From positions 224,001 to 288,000 of the forward strand of contig CAVTHK010000011.1 in assembly GCA_963734495.1 (NCBI GenBank): a stretch of DNA of 64,000 nt, read 5' to 3'. This document shows, piece after piece, positions 39,242 to 49,581 of the stretch. Source of the stretch: an uncultured Spirochaetota bacterium (GTDB lineage Bacteria > Spirochaetota > Spirochaetia > SZUA-6 > CAVTHK01). Within the stretch, counting starts at the first letter, position 1, and every line of letters starts with the position of its first letter. The notes below the pieces were generated by a model. The model was not told the origin of the DNA and did not search any database. It saw only the letters and a program-made list of their open reading frames with translations. The translations under genes were made by a program, and so were the position numbers.

Positions 39242-40699
39242 ATGGAGTTCGCGTCAAAAGGCAAACCGGAAGATCGCCACCGGCTCGTCATTCTCACCGA
39301 CATGGAGAACGAGCCCGACGATTCACAAACGATGGTCAAACTGCTCATCTACTCTAGTGAGATCGACATCGAGGGCCTGATCGCGGTCTCCTCACGCTGG
39401 CTCCCGAATGATTGCTTCCCAGAGTCCATCGTCGACCGGGTCGAGGCCTATGGCCTTGTTCGAGCGCAGCTGGCCCGTCATGCAACGGGGTGGCCGAGCC
39501 GGGAGTACCTGCTTGACCGCACCGCGGGAGGCCAGAAGGGCTTCGGGATGAAGGCCGTCGGGGACTTCAAGAACACCCCCGGGTCCGATCTCATCATCCG
39601 CGCGGTGGACAAGGATGATCCCAGGCCGGTCTGGTTTGCGATCAATGCAGGCGCGAACACTCTCGCGCAGGCACTTTGGGACGTGAGACGCAGCCGAACA
39701 CCAGAAGAAACCGCGAGATTCGTCTCGAAGGTGCGCGTATACGACGACTCGGGACAGGACGATGCAGGCGCCTGGATGTGTCACGCTTTCCCCGATCTGT
39801 TCTACATCAGGAGTCGAACACAGGTATTCGGCCTTTTTGGGCCGACCATGGGAAGCGGCCCGCAGCCTTGGAGTCCACTTGACGAATACGGTTGGGTGGA
39901 GACACATGTCCGTACGAGGCACAGCATCCTCGGCGCGCTCTATCCGCAACGCCTTTTCCTTGTGCCACCGTGGAACACCGGCGAGAGGGGACGGATCCAT
40001 CACGCGTTCATGGACGGCGGCGGAACGACGACCTGGCTCGGGATGGTGAACAAGGGGCTGTTCGTCCCTGATGAGATCTCGTGGGGCGGGTGGGGCGGTC
40101 GGTTCTCTTGGAACAAGGAACAGGTTCTGGCAGGCCAGTACCGCGTGGACGAGCTCGAGGAGCAGCACAAGCCGTTCCTGATGTATCCCCAGGCTCAGGA
40201 CACCTCGTACACCTGCGGAGACTCCGACAAACCTGTATTCGAGTTCTCGGGAGTGAGCGGAAGAACACCCTATTACCCGAAGGACTTTGCCGCCCTTTGG
40301 CGATGGCGGGACGCCTACCTCAGGGATTTCCAGGGGCGCATGGACTGGTGCGTCTGTGACTACGCTCACGCCAACCATCACCCGGTTGCCGTCTTTATGG
40401 GCGACGAGAACCGAACCGTGGTGCGGCTCGTGGCGACGGCCGGCGAAAAGGTCCCGCTGGATGCTTCCGGTTCCTACGATCCGGACCGCAACGGGCTGCG
40501 TTTCTCATGGTGCGTGTACCCCGAGGCAGGAACGTATCCCGGACAGGTTGAGATCGCGGATTCAAGCGCGGCGATCGCCGTCGTGAATGTTCCCAAGGAT
40601 GCAGCGGGCAAGCAGTTCCATGTCATCCTCGAGGTCACGGACGACCACCCAGTAGTGAATCTGACGTCCTATCGTCGCATCGTGGTGGACGTGACGTAA
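39242..40699 (+). CDS. DUF1593 (nucleoside hydrolase-like) protein, paralog 2
   Basis: Same motifs as 37085-38479 (LTDMENEPDDSQTMVKL, DGGGTTTWLG, WGGWGGRF, FQGRMDW). Confidence 0.85.
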   Translation: MEFASKGKPEDRHRLVILTDMENEPDDSQTMVKLLIYSSEIDIEGLIAVSSRWLPNDCFPESIVDRVEAYGLVRAQLARHATGWPSREYLLDRTAGGQKGFGMKAVGDFKNTPGSDLIIRAVDKDDPRPVWFAINAGANTLAQALWDVRRSRTPEETARFVSKVRVYDDSGQDDAGAWMCHAFPDLFYIRSRTQVFGLFGPTMGSGPQPWSPLDEYGWVETHVRTRHSILGALYPQRLFLVPPWNTGERGRIHHAFMDGGGTTTWLGMVNKGLFVPDEISWGGWGGRFSWNKEQVLAGQYRVDELEEQHKPFLMYPQAQDTSYTCGDSDKPVFEFSGVSGRTPYYPKDFAALWRWRDAYLRDFQGRMDWCVCDYAHANHHPVAVFMGDENRTVVRLVATAGEKVPLDASGSYDPDRNGLRFSWCVYPEAGTYPGQVEIADSSAAIAVVNVPKDAAGKQFHVILEVTDDHPVVNLTSYRRIVVDVT

Positions 40700-40736
40700 G
40701 CGCCGCAGCCTGCACAGGCCTCTCAGTCAGTGCGGC

Positions 40737-41742
40737 TCAGAGGCGCCCGATGATTTCCGGTTCCGCGGCCTTGAACTCGCGCGGCGGCAGGCCGTTCAGG
40801 ACGGCCTCGATGTCGTTGACCAGCATCGTCCCCAGCCTGAGGAAGTCTTCGGGGACGTGGCCCGCCCTGTGGGCGCTCAGGATCGTGTTGGCGCTCCTCC
40901 GCGCCGGGTGCTGCGCGGGCAGCGGCTCCGTGGGGTAGACGTCGATCGCCGCCCGGAAACGGCCCTGGTTCGCCATCTCAACGAGCGCGTCGAAGTCCAC
41001 GAGGTGCGCACGGCTCATGAGCAGGAACACGGCGTCCGGCCTGATGAGCTCCAGTTTCTTCCGGTCAATGAGGCCTTTGTTCTCCGGCGTCGACGCGGCA
41101 AGGACGAAGATCAGCCTGCTTTCTTTCATGAGCGTATCCAGGTCCACCGGTTTCACCCCGAAGCGAGCGAGGTAGGACGGCGGAAGCCACGGATCGTAGA
41201 CCACGAACTGGCACCGGAACGGCTCCAGGAGGGGCTTCAACGACTGACCGAGGCCTCCGAACCCGATCATGCCGACCGTCTTCCCGTAGAGCGTGAAGGC
41301 ATCGGCATTGCCCGCCCGGGAGTACTTCTCCTGACCGCCGCGCATCAGCGCCGTCCCCGCTCAGGATCCCGCGAGCCGAGCAGAGCGCCAGGCTGAGCGC
41401 CATCTCGGCCACGGCCGGCCCGAACACCGGCGAGCAGCTCATCACCCGAATTCCTCGCGCGAAGCACGTCCGGTAGTCCAGATCCGTCTTCGGGGGAGGG
41501 GTGCCTCCGACCTCGAAGATCGCCTTGAGGCTGGTAAGCTCCGTGATCGATCCGAAGCGCCACCGGGTCGTCACTACGATAGAGACGTCGGGGGCGATCT
41601 TCCTGAACTCCTCGACGGGGAGAGGCTCGTTCTTCGCCCAGAGGATCTCGGCCATGGATTCCAGCCGCGCATAGTCCTCCTTTGTGAAGATCCACTCGAT
41701 CCTCCGCCCATGCGGGTCAAGGATGATCCTGGGCTTGCTCAT
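40737..41742 (-). CDS. D-isomer specific 2-hydroxyacid dehydrogenase, frameshift near 41350
   Basis: PAVAEMAL; Rossmann GMIGFGGLG; MSRAHLVD; AAIDVYPTEP; SAHRAG. Confidence 0.85.
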
Positions 41743-41849
41743 GATCCCTCCCGTATCGTAAGGTCGAGGCTGGACGGAAACGGCGGCCCGACTATTACCT
41801 CGGCTGGGACTGACAGTCAAGGCCGGTCGATCGACGCACCAGCCTGGAG

Positions 41850-41878
41850 TTGAAGACCGGGACGGTATGAACTAACAT
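41850..41878 (+). promoter_or_regulatory. Putative sigma70 promoter
   Basis: TTGAAG-17bp-TAACAT upstream of GGAGGAGG RBS. Confidence 0.45.
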
Positions 41879-41911
41879 CGAAGCACCAAGACTCGCGGAG
41901 GAGGTGGGCGC

Positions 41912-43204
41912 GTGAGAAGACTGACCTGGGCGGCGGCGATCGTGATGTCGATCGTGCTCGTGTCGATGGCTTTCGCGGAGGGCTCCAAAGAGGGCGCGAG
42001 CACGGGCCCGGTGAACATGCGCTTCATGTGGTGGGGCAGCGACGTCAGGCACAAGGCTACGCTGGCCGCGATCGACCAATTCATGGCCAAGAACCCGAAC
42101 GTCAAGATCGAAGCCGAGTACGGCGGCTTTGACGGGTATCTGCAGAAGCTCACGACGCAGCTTTCCGGCGGAACAGCCCCTGACCTGATCCAGATCGACG
42201 TGCCGTGGCTGTACGCCTTCGCGCAACAGGGCGACCTGTTCGTCGATCTCTACAAGGCCATGGACACCTCGATGTTCGACAAGGGGGCCCTCAAGAAAGG
42301 CGAGGTCCGGGGCAAGCTCTGGGGGGTCCCGACCGGCGTGCTCTGCGAAGAGACCTTCGGCTTCAACGTAGACTTCTTCAAGCGTTTCGGGATCGATCCG
42401 AAGATCCAGTTCGACTGGGACAGCCTGATGAGGATCGGGACGGAGGTCCACAAGACGGACCCCAAGAGCTACCTCATGACCTCTCAGGCCGATTTTCCCG
42501 AGTTCTTCATGGTCTACATGCTGCAGCTCACCGGGAACGCCAACATGGTCAACGAGGACTACACGGTCGCATTTACCGAGGACCAGGCGCGGAACATGTT
42601 CACCTACCTGAAGCAGGGCATGGATGCAGGCGTCTTCATGCCACTGGACCTCGTCGTGCCCAACCAGGCCGTGCAGGAAAGCGCCATGTGGCAGAAGGGC
42701 CTGGTCGGCATGACGATTCTGCCGACGTCCACGATCACCGCCTACGTCAAGGCGTCGCCGTTCGAATTCGGCGGGACGCTGCTTCCGCTGCGGCCGGGAA
42801 CGAAGAACTCCGGGTACGAGATCCGTCCTTCGCAGATTCTCTCGGTGAACGCGCGGTCCAAGGCGATCCCGAAGACGCTCGACTTCATCAAGTTCTTCTT
42901 CACCGACGAGACCGCCGTCCTCACCCTGGCCGACACGCGCGGGGTGCCGGCCTCCGATTTCGGCCGCAATCTGCTGCTCAAGAACAACAAGCTCTCGCCG
43001 GTCATGAGGGAGGTGACGGACAAGGCGACGCGCAACCCCGGCCTCGAGCTCATCCCGCTCCATCACGACGAGGAGCTCGCCAAGATCGTGCAAGACCTCG
43101 TGGAAGGCGTGGGGTACGGCAAGGTCTCCCCCGACCAGGCCGCGGCCAACCTGGTCAAGCAGTACACGGACAAGCTCAAGGAGCTCAAGAGCCGCGCGCG
43201 GTGA
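41912..43204 (+). CDS. Sugar ABC substrate-binding protein (TogB/YesO-like, uronate oligomer binding)
   Basis: RFMWWGSDVRHKATL..KNPNVKIEAEYGGFDGY..KLTTQLSGGTAPDLIQID.PWL. Confidence 0.85.
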   Translation: MRRLTWAAAIVMSIVLVSMAFAEGSKEGASTGPVNMRFMWWGSDVRHKATLAAIDQFMAKNPNVKIEAEYGGFDGYLQKLTTQLSGGTAPDLIQIDVPWLYAFAQQGDLFVDLYKAMDTSMFDKGALKKGEVRGKLWGVPTGVLCEETFGFNVDFFKRFGIDPKIQFDWDSLMRIGTEVHKTDPKSYLMTSQADFPEFFMVYMLQLTGNANMVNEDYTVAFTEDQARNMFTYLKQGMDAGVFMPLDLVVPNQAVQESAMWQKGLVGMTILPTSTITAYVKASPFEFGGTLLPLRPGTKNSGYEIRPSQILSVNARSKAIPKTLDFIKFFFTDETAVLTLADTRGVPASDFGRNLLLKNNKLSPVMREVTDKATRNPGLELIPLHHDEELAKIVQDLVEGVGYGKVSPDQAAANLVKQYTDKLKELKSRAR

Positions 43205-43277
43205 TTCCAGACCGCAGTGGGTGGGGGAGGGGCCGACCCTCCCTCGCCGCGCGCGGCCGGCGGGAACGGGAGACGCC

Positions 43278-44169
43278 ATGGGATCGATCAGAAGGCGGGG
43301 CTACGTCGGCTTCGCGTACATCGCGCCGTGGGTCGTCGGACTCTCGGTGTTTCAGCTCTATCCGTTTGTCGCCTCGCTCGTGTACTCCCTGACCGAGTAC
43401 AGCATCCTCTCGCGGGCCCGGTTTGTCGGGTTCCGCAACTACGTGGACATGTTCACCAAAGACCCGCTGTTCTTCCAGTCGCTCAAGGTGACGTTCATCT
43501 ACGTGGCGCTTGCTGTACCGCTCAAGCTCGTCTTCGCTCTGATGGTGGCGATGCTCCTCAACATGAAGCTCCGCGCCATCAACCTGTACCGAACCCTGCT
43601 CTACCTGCCGAGCATCCTCGGAGGCAGCGTCGCGGTGTCGGTGCTGTGGCGCGCGGCTCTTCATGAACGAGGGGATCGTCAACAGCATCCTCGCCGTCGT
43701 CGGGATCCCCGGCGTGAAGTGGCTCGGCGACCCCAAGGTCGCCATTTTCACGATCAGCCTCCTGCAGGTGTGGCAGTTCGGATCCTCCATGGTCGTGTTC
43801 CTCGCGGGACTCAAGCAGATCCCTCGCGAGCTCTACGAGTCCGCGCGGGTCGACGGAGCCGGGCGGATCGCGGAGTTCCTTCACATCACGATCCCGCTGC
43901 TGACGCCCATGATCTTCTTCAACCTGATCATGCAGACCATCAACGCGTTCCAGCACTTTACCGAAGCCGTGGTGATCACGCGCGGAGGCCCGCTGAACTC
44001 CACCTACGTCTACGCGATGAAGCTCTACCGGGAGGCGTTCGAGTACTTCAAGATGGGTTACGCATCGGGTCTCTCGTGGGTGCTCTTCACCATCATCATG
44101 ACCTTCACCTTCCTGATCTTCAGGACTTCCTCGGCCTGGGTCTACTACGAGGACAGCGGCAAAAGATGA
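43278..44169 (+). CDS. Sugar ABC permease (MalF-like), frameshift near 43655
   Basis: YLPSILGGSVA; FLAGLKQIPRELYESARVDGA; WVYYE. Confidence 0.88.
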
Positions 44170-44993
44170 AGAAGGCTATCGTTGCAAACGGCGCGATCCT
44201 GCTGCTCGTGGCGGTCATGCTCTACCCGCTCGTGTGGCTGGCCTTTGCGTCGCTCAAGCCCTCCGCCGAGATCTTCCACTCGATCCGGATGCTTCCGCGG
44301 AAGGTAACCCTGGAAGGGTACATTCAGGGGTGGCGGGGCTCCGGGCAGTACGGTTTCGGCCTGTTCTTCGCCAACAGCTTCAAGCTGGTGCTGCCGACCG
44401 TCGTCTTCACCATCATCTCCTCGGTTGTCGTGGCCTACGGTTTCGCCCGCTTCGACTTCCCGACGCGGAACTTCCTGTTCATGGTCATGCTCTCCACGCT
44501 CATGCTTCCGGGCGCGGTCCTGATCATCCCTCAGTTCCTGCTCTTCAGGAACCTCGGCTGGCTCAACAGCTACCTGCCGTTCATGATCCCTGCGCTCTTC
44601 GCCTGCCATCCCTTCTTCATCTTCCTCATGGTCCAGTTCCTGCGCGGCATCCCGCGCGAGCTCGATGAATCGGCCGTCATCGACGGCTGCAATTCGTTCC
44701 GCATCCTCACGCGTATCCTGCTGCCGCTGGCAAAGCCGGCCGTGTTCTCCGTCGGGATCTTCCAGTTCGTCTGGACGTGGAACAACTTCTTCACCTCGCT
44801 GATCTACATCAACAGCGTGCGCAAGTTCCCGGTGTCGCTGGGACTGAAGATGTCGCTCGACACGAGCACGGAGGTGCTCTGGAACCAGATCCTTGCCATG
44901 TCGATCGTGGCCATGGCTCCCTGCGTCGTGCTCTTCTTTTTCGCCCAGAAGCATTTTGTCGAAGGGATCGCGACGCAGGGGCTCAAGGGGTAG
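44166..44993 (+). CDS. Sugar ABC permease (MalG-like)
   Basis: AYGFARF, IPRELDESAVIDG, FVEGIATQGLKG; ATGA overlap. Confidence 0.92.
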   Translation: MKKAIVANGAILLLVAVMLYPLVWLAFASLKPSAEIFHSIRMLPRKVTLEGYIQGWRGSGQYGFGLFFANSFKLVLPTVVFTIISSVVVAYGFARFDFPTRNFLFMVMLSTLMLPGAVLIIPQFLLFRNLGWLNSYLPFMIPALFACHPFFIFLMVQFLRGIPRELDESAVIDGCNSFRILTRILLPLAKPAVFSVGIFQFVWTWNNFFTSLIYINSVRKFPVSLGLKMSLDTSTEVLWNQILAMSIVAMAPCVVLFFFAQKHFVEGIATQGLKG

Positions 44994-45000
44994 GGCACCC

Positions 45001-45070
45001 GGCCCCGGCCGGCATCGGCCGGCACCGGCCGCCCGGCGACGCACGGCGACACACGGCGACGCCCGGCGAC
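45001..45070. repeat. Seven tandem degenerate 10-bp units in intergenic region
   Basis: GGCCCCGGCC GGCATCGGCC GGCACCGGCC GCCCGGCGAC GCACGGCGAC ACACGGCGAC GCCCGGCGAC. Confidence 0.7.
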
Positions 45071-45120
45071 ACGCGCGATTTGCCTGCGGGCGCGCGCGCG
45101 CGGCTATGATGCGCGCTGCC

Positions 45121-46250
45121 ATGGCGAGAAACCTCGAAGTCGTGCGGGTCGAAGGCCGCGGAGCCGGCGAGACGGGAGTTCATCGACTTCCCGAAGCGGT
45201 TGTACCGCGGCTGCGCCCAGTGGGTCCCATGGTTCGACCTGGACATGAGGGCGCTGCTGCGGCGGAAGCACCCGTACTTCGGGCAGGCGAGCGGCGACTT
45301 CTTTCTCGTGCGCGAGGGGGGCCGGACCCTCGGCCGCGCGTGCGTGACGAAGAACCCGTCCTACATCGGCCAGCACCAGACGTCATGCGCCCACTTCTAC
45401 TTTTTCGACGTCGAAGATGATGCCGACGCTGCGAAAGCGCTCGTCGAGCGGCTGTGCGCGTGGGCGCGCGAGCAGGGGCTGGCGCTCCTCCGCGGACCCA
45501 TGCTCCTCGGCGGCGCCTCGGGCAGCGGGATCCTGGTGCGGGGGTTCGAGCACCGCGCCGCGATGACCATGATGCCGTACAACTACCCGTACTACGGCGC
45601 GCTGCTCGAGCGGCTCGGGTTCGCGCAAGCACGTGGACCTGTACTCGATGGACCTGCCGCCGGCCTCCTTCCGGCTGCCCGAGCGCATCTCCTCCGTGGC
45701 GGACAAGGTGCTCAAGCGCGGACGCTTCGCCGTGCTGCGCTTCACGACCAAGAGGACCGTTCTGCGGGTCGCGGACAGGATCGCCGCGCTCTACAACGAG
45801 ACGCTCGGCGACCACCTCGAAGACTACCCGCTGAGCGAAGCGGAGCTGGAGCAGGTCAAGAAGGACCTGCTCGTCATCGCGGACCCCCGCTTGATCAAGA
45901 TCCTCACGTACGACGGAGCGGTGGTGGGCTACCTCTTCGCCTTCCGCGACCTCTCGGACGCGCTGCAGAAGAACCGCGGGCGCCTGGGTCCCCTCGAGCT
46001 GCTGCGCCTGCTCGCGGCAATGCGGCGAAGCGACGGGCTCATCGTCAACGGCATGGGCATCCTCTCGCAGTACCAGCGGCTCGGCGGCAACGCGCTGTTG
46101 TACGCCGAGCTCGCGAGGACCGTGGGCGGCGCCTTCGGCCGCGCGGAGCTCGTGCAGGTCTCGGAGCGCACGGAGATGATGCTGCGCGACATCGAGACGC
46201 TCGGCGGCAGCGTGTCCAAGGTGCACCGGATGTACGAGCGGGCGTGCTGA
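45121..46250 (+). CDS. YghO-like tandem GNAT-fold protein, frameshifted
   Basis: EFIDFPKRLY..WVP, HPYF, GILVRGF, MMPYNYPYY, YQRLGG. Confidence 0.65.
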
Positions 46251-46270
46251 TCCGGGCGCCAGGCGCCCGG

Positions 46271-47186
46271 CTACAGCAGCAGCTTGACGACCATCGCGGC
46301 GAGGAGCGCCGCCGGGTACGCGCTGGCGCGGTTGAAGAGGCGGAACACCGCGTCGCGCCGCCGGCATGCGGCGAGGCGCGCGGCCGGCAGCAGGAGCAGG
46401 GCGACGCCCGAGGCCAGCGACACGGCCGCGAACTCCAGCCGATGCGCGCGCGCGAGAAGCGCGACCAGTGCGAGCTGCACGGCGACCGCCGCGGCCAGCG
46501 CGGCGAGCGCCAGCCTCGCGGCGCTCGCTTCGCCGAGCCGCGCCGGAATCGTCGCGGCGCCGAGCCTTCGATCTTCTTCAATATCCGTCCAGTCGGACGG
46601 GATGTTCTGTCCGCCGATCTCCACGAGGAACACCCACAGCCCCAGCAGCGCAAAGGGCAGCAGGCTCGGGCTCGGGTCGACGGCGAGCACGGCCGCGAGC
46701 GGCCCGAGCGTCTTGACCACGCCGCTGAGCAGGCGCCCGCAGCGGCGAGACGCAGCACAGGCGGCAGTACGCGATCTCGGCCAGGAACCCGGCAACGAAT
46801 AGAAGAAGGCAGACAGGGTTCAATGCGAGCGAACCGGCCGCCGCCACCGCGGCCCAGGAGAGCGCCCACGCGAGGGCCTGGCGCGTGGTGAGCAGGCCGC
46901 GCGCGAGAGGGTGGCGCACGAGGACGGCGTCGAGGTAGCCTCCGGCCTCGCGGTAGCCGGCGCGGACTTTCTCCCGGTCGACGTCGCGGTCGACGATGTC
47001 GTTGAGCGCGTAGATCGCGGCGTAGGCAGCGAACACCGTGAGCAGCCCGACCGCGGTCACCGCCGGCGGGTGGAAGCTGTCGGCCCACATCAGGGCCGCG
47101 AGCGCCGGCGCGGCGAGGTCGAGCGCCGCGTGGGGCGCCCGGGAGAGAGCGAGGTAGGTGCCGAGACGTGCTGGCGGGTTTCTCAT
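46271..47186 (-). CDS. UbiA family prenyltransferase, frameshift near 46740
   Basis: NDIVDRDVD Asp-rich motif I, RHPLARG, DWTDIEEDRRLGAATIP motif II, multi-TM. Confidence 0.85.
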
Positions 47187-47219
47187 CGCGCCTTCCGTGC
47201 CCCCCGGCGACGCAAGCGT

Positions 47220-47834
47220 TCAGCCGCGAGCGGCCCCGCGCCCGTCCTTGACCGCGACGGCCACGATCCGGTTCCGCGTCTCGCGGTAGCCGGGAACCAG
47301 CGCCAGGCCCGCCGCCTCGAGCTGGGCGCGGAACTCGGGTCCGGAGAAGCGGTCGTCGCGCGGGTGCAGCAGGAAGTGACGCCAGAAGGCGTTCGCATAC
47401 AGCGCCGGGTAGATCTCCTCGAAGTAGAAGGCGCCGCCCGGCTTGAGCACCCTCGCGATCTCGCGGATGCCCTTCCGCCAGTCCTCGAGATGGTGGATGA
47501 TCCCGAAGTTGAAGACCGCGTCCATGCAGGCATCGTCGTACGGGAGCGCCTGCGCATCCGCAACGCGGAACGCGGCCTCGCGCATCGCTTCGCGCCGCTT
47601 GCGTCGCTCCGCCCGCCTCACCATCGCGGGATCGATGTCGATGGCGTCCACACGCGTCGGCGCGAAGGCGCGCCGGATGAGCTCGACACCGACGCCACGG
47701 CCGCACCCGATCTCCAGCGCGCGGCCCCCCGGCTCCAGGCGTCGCGCGCGGCGGAAGTACGCGATCTCGCGGAGCTGGGTGATCGTGCGCAGCGGGCTGT
47801 TGACCCAGACCGCCTCGACCCAGTTGACCTTCAC
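47220..47834 (-). CDS. Class I SAM-dependent methyltransferase
   Basis: ALEIGCGRG, IDIDP, ADAQALPY, RVLKPGG. Confidence 0.9.
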   Translation of the reverse strand: MKVNWVEAVWVNSPLRTITQLREIAYFRRARRLEPGGRALEIGCGRGVGVELIRRAFAPTRVDAIDIDPAMVRRAERRKRREAMREAAFRVADAQALPYDDACMDAVFNFGIIHHLEDWRKGIREIARVLKPGGAFYFEEIYPALYANAFWRHFLLHPRDDRFSGPEFRAQLEAAGLALVPGYRETRNRIVAVAVKDGRGAARG

Positions 47835-48646
47835 TTTCTATTTCCCGGCTTTCTCGCGCGGTAGATCTTGGCCGTGCCGAAGGTGATGGGGATGACCTCG
47901 GTGTCGCCGAACCCGGCCGCGCGCATCTCCGCCTGAAACGCGTCGTCCGACGGAAACTGGTAGACCGAGTGCATGAGGTAGCTGTACGCGTAGTCGGTGC
48001 GCGAAAGCCAGTTGCCCACGAGCGGCATGACGTGGTCGAAGTACCAGCGGTACACCGCCGCCGACGACGCCCGAGTCCGGTATGGCCATCTCCATGATCT
48101 GGAGGAGCCCTCCGGGCCTGAGGATCCGGCAGCACTCGCGAAGGACCTGAGTGCGCTCGGCGATGTTGCGGATGCCGAACGACATCGTGACCGCGTCCAC
48201 GCACGCGTCCGGGAGCGTCAGCGCGCGCGAGATCGCCGGTGCGCAGCTCGATCCTGTCCTCGAGCCCGAGGCCGCGGATCTTGCGGCGGGCCACGCGCAG
48301 CATCCCTTCGGAAAAGTCGACCCCCACCACGTGGGCGTCCGGGTAGCGCGCGGCAGGTGGCGATCGCGATCTCGCCGGTGCCGACGGCCATGTCGCCGAC
48401 GCGGCTCCCGCGCGGGAGGCGAAGGTGCCGGACGAAGATGCGTCTCCAGTGCCGATCGCGTCCCAGGGACAGCATCCGGTTCTGCACGTCGTAGGTCGAT
48501 GCCGTGGTCTCGAACATGCTTCGGACTTCGCGGTCCGTCATTCTGCCCGAGACCTCGGCCGGTCCGCGTGCATCCGCTCGCCAGGTCGTGATGCGCCCGA
48601 GGGCGCGGGCCGGTCGCCGGCGGTCGCTTGTGAGCGTACGAGCCAC
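47831..48646 (-). CDS. ubiE: UbiE/MenG-type quinone C-methyltransferase, frameshifted (start 48646 or 48541)
   Basis: MFETTASTYDVQNRMLSLGRDRHWRR, DMAVGTG, GVDFSEGML, SFGIRN, RILRPGG, YSYLMHSV.FPS. Confidence 0.8.
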
Positions 48647-48697
48647 GTGGGCACCCCCTTTCCTGAAGCACTGTGAACCAGAATCGCCGGTCGCGCA

Positions 48698-48723
48698 ACA
48701 ACTTTCGACACACAACTTTCGAC
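48698..48723. repeat. 12-bp direct repeat upstream of the ubiE-like operon (candidate regulator site)
   Basis: ACAACTTTCGAC-AC-ACAACTTTCGAC. Confidence 0.6.
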
Positions 48724-48762
48724 GACCCGCCCGACTGGAACCGAGTCGGAGCCCGGTCGGAG

Positions 48763-49566
48763 CTACTTGAGCCCCACCGCCTTGAAGAACGTGTAGGAGA
48801 AGGTCCCGTCGGGCTCCGCAGCGCGGTAGAGGTCGCGAACGCCCCGCTCCCACCCGGCGCGGTCCATCAGGCCCTGCCCGACCGCCTGCGCCCCGACTCC
48901 CTCGACCATCGCGGCGAACGTCCTGCGCGTGAAGCCGTCTGCCATCGCAGGGCGGCTGCCGTCGGCGTAGACGACGCGGGGCGAGACGCGCACGCCGCGA
49001 AACGCGGCGGCCGCGACCAGCGGGTAGAGGCGGCGGCCGATGAGGCTGTCGCCGCCCGCGCGGCGCTGCAGCTCCACGAGGCACTCGATCGCCCGCCGCG
49101 CGGCCGCGCTGTCGGGGTGAAAGTAGGCGGAGCCGTGGTCGCCTTCGATCACGGTGATGGTCCCTCCCGGCTTCAGGACCTCGCGCAGCCGCGCGAGCGC
49201 GCCCGCGGGGTCCTGCAGGTGCTCGAGCACGAAGCAGACGAACACGTGGTCAAAGTGATCCGCGGGGAACGGGAGCGCGAAGATGTCGGCCTGCCGGAAG
49301 TTGACGTTGGCGACGCGCGCCAGCCTCGCGCGCTCCCGCGCCTCGGCCAGCGAGGTCGCCGAAAGGTCCACGGAGACGAAGCTCGCCTCCGGGCTGTTGG
49401 TCGCCAGCGTGACGGTCTGGGCGCCGACACCGCAGCCCGCCTCGAGGACCAGGCTGCCCGCCGGGTACCTGGTGTCCGAGTGCAGCAGGTCGCTCAGAGT
49501 CGCGGCCTGGTCGAGCAGCCGCGTGTTCTCGCGGTCGGAGTAGCCGTGGACGTAGTCGCCGGTCAA
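48763..49566 (-). CDS. Class I SAM-dependent methyltransferase
   Basis: YVHGYSDRENTRLLDQA, VLEAGCGVG, FVLEHL, LKPGG; TTG start after GGAGG. Confidence 0.88.
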   Translation of the reverse strand: MTGDYVHGYSDRENTRLLDQAATLSDLLHSDTRYPAGSLVLEAGCGVGAQTVTLATNSPEASFVSVDLSATSLAEARERARLARVANVNFRQADIFALPFPADHFDHVFVCFVLEHLQDPAGALARLREVLKPGGTITVIEGDHGSAYFHPDSAAARRAIECLVELQRRAGGDSLIGRRLYPLVAAAAFRGVRVSPRVVYADGSRPAMADGFTRRTFAAMVEGVGAQAVGQGLMDRAGWERGVRDLYRAAEPDGTFSYTFFKAVGLK

Positions 49567-49581
49567 CGGATGCCTCCCTCC

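Noticed and set aside
45001-45070. CRISPR array
   Set aside because: The units are 10 bp with no unique spacers, and there are no cas genes.
18730-48646. U32 protein acting as UbiU/UbiV together with the ubiA/ubiE cluster
   Set aside because: The loci are about 27 kb apart, there is a single U32 gene and no ubiT, and the U32 gene is tightly coupled to the QueG-like operon instead.
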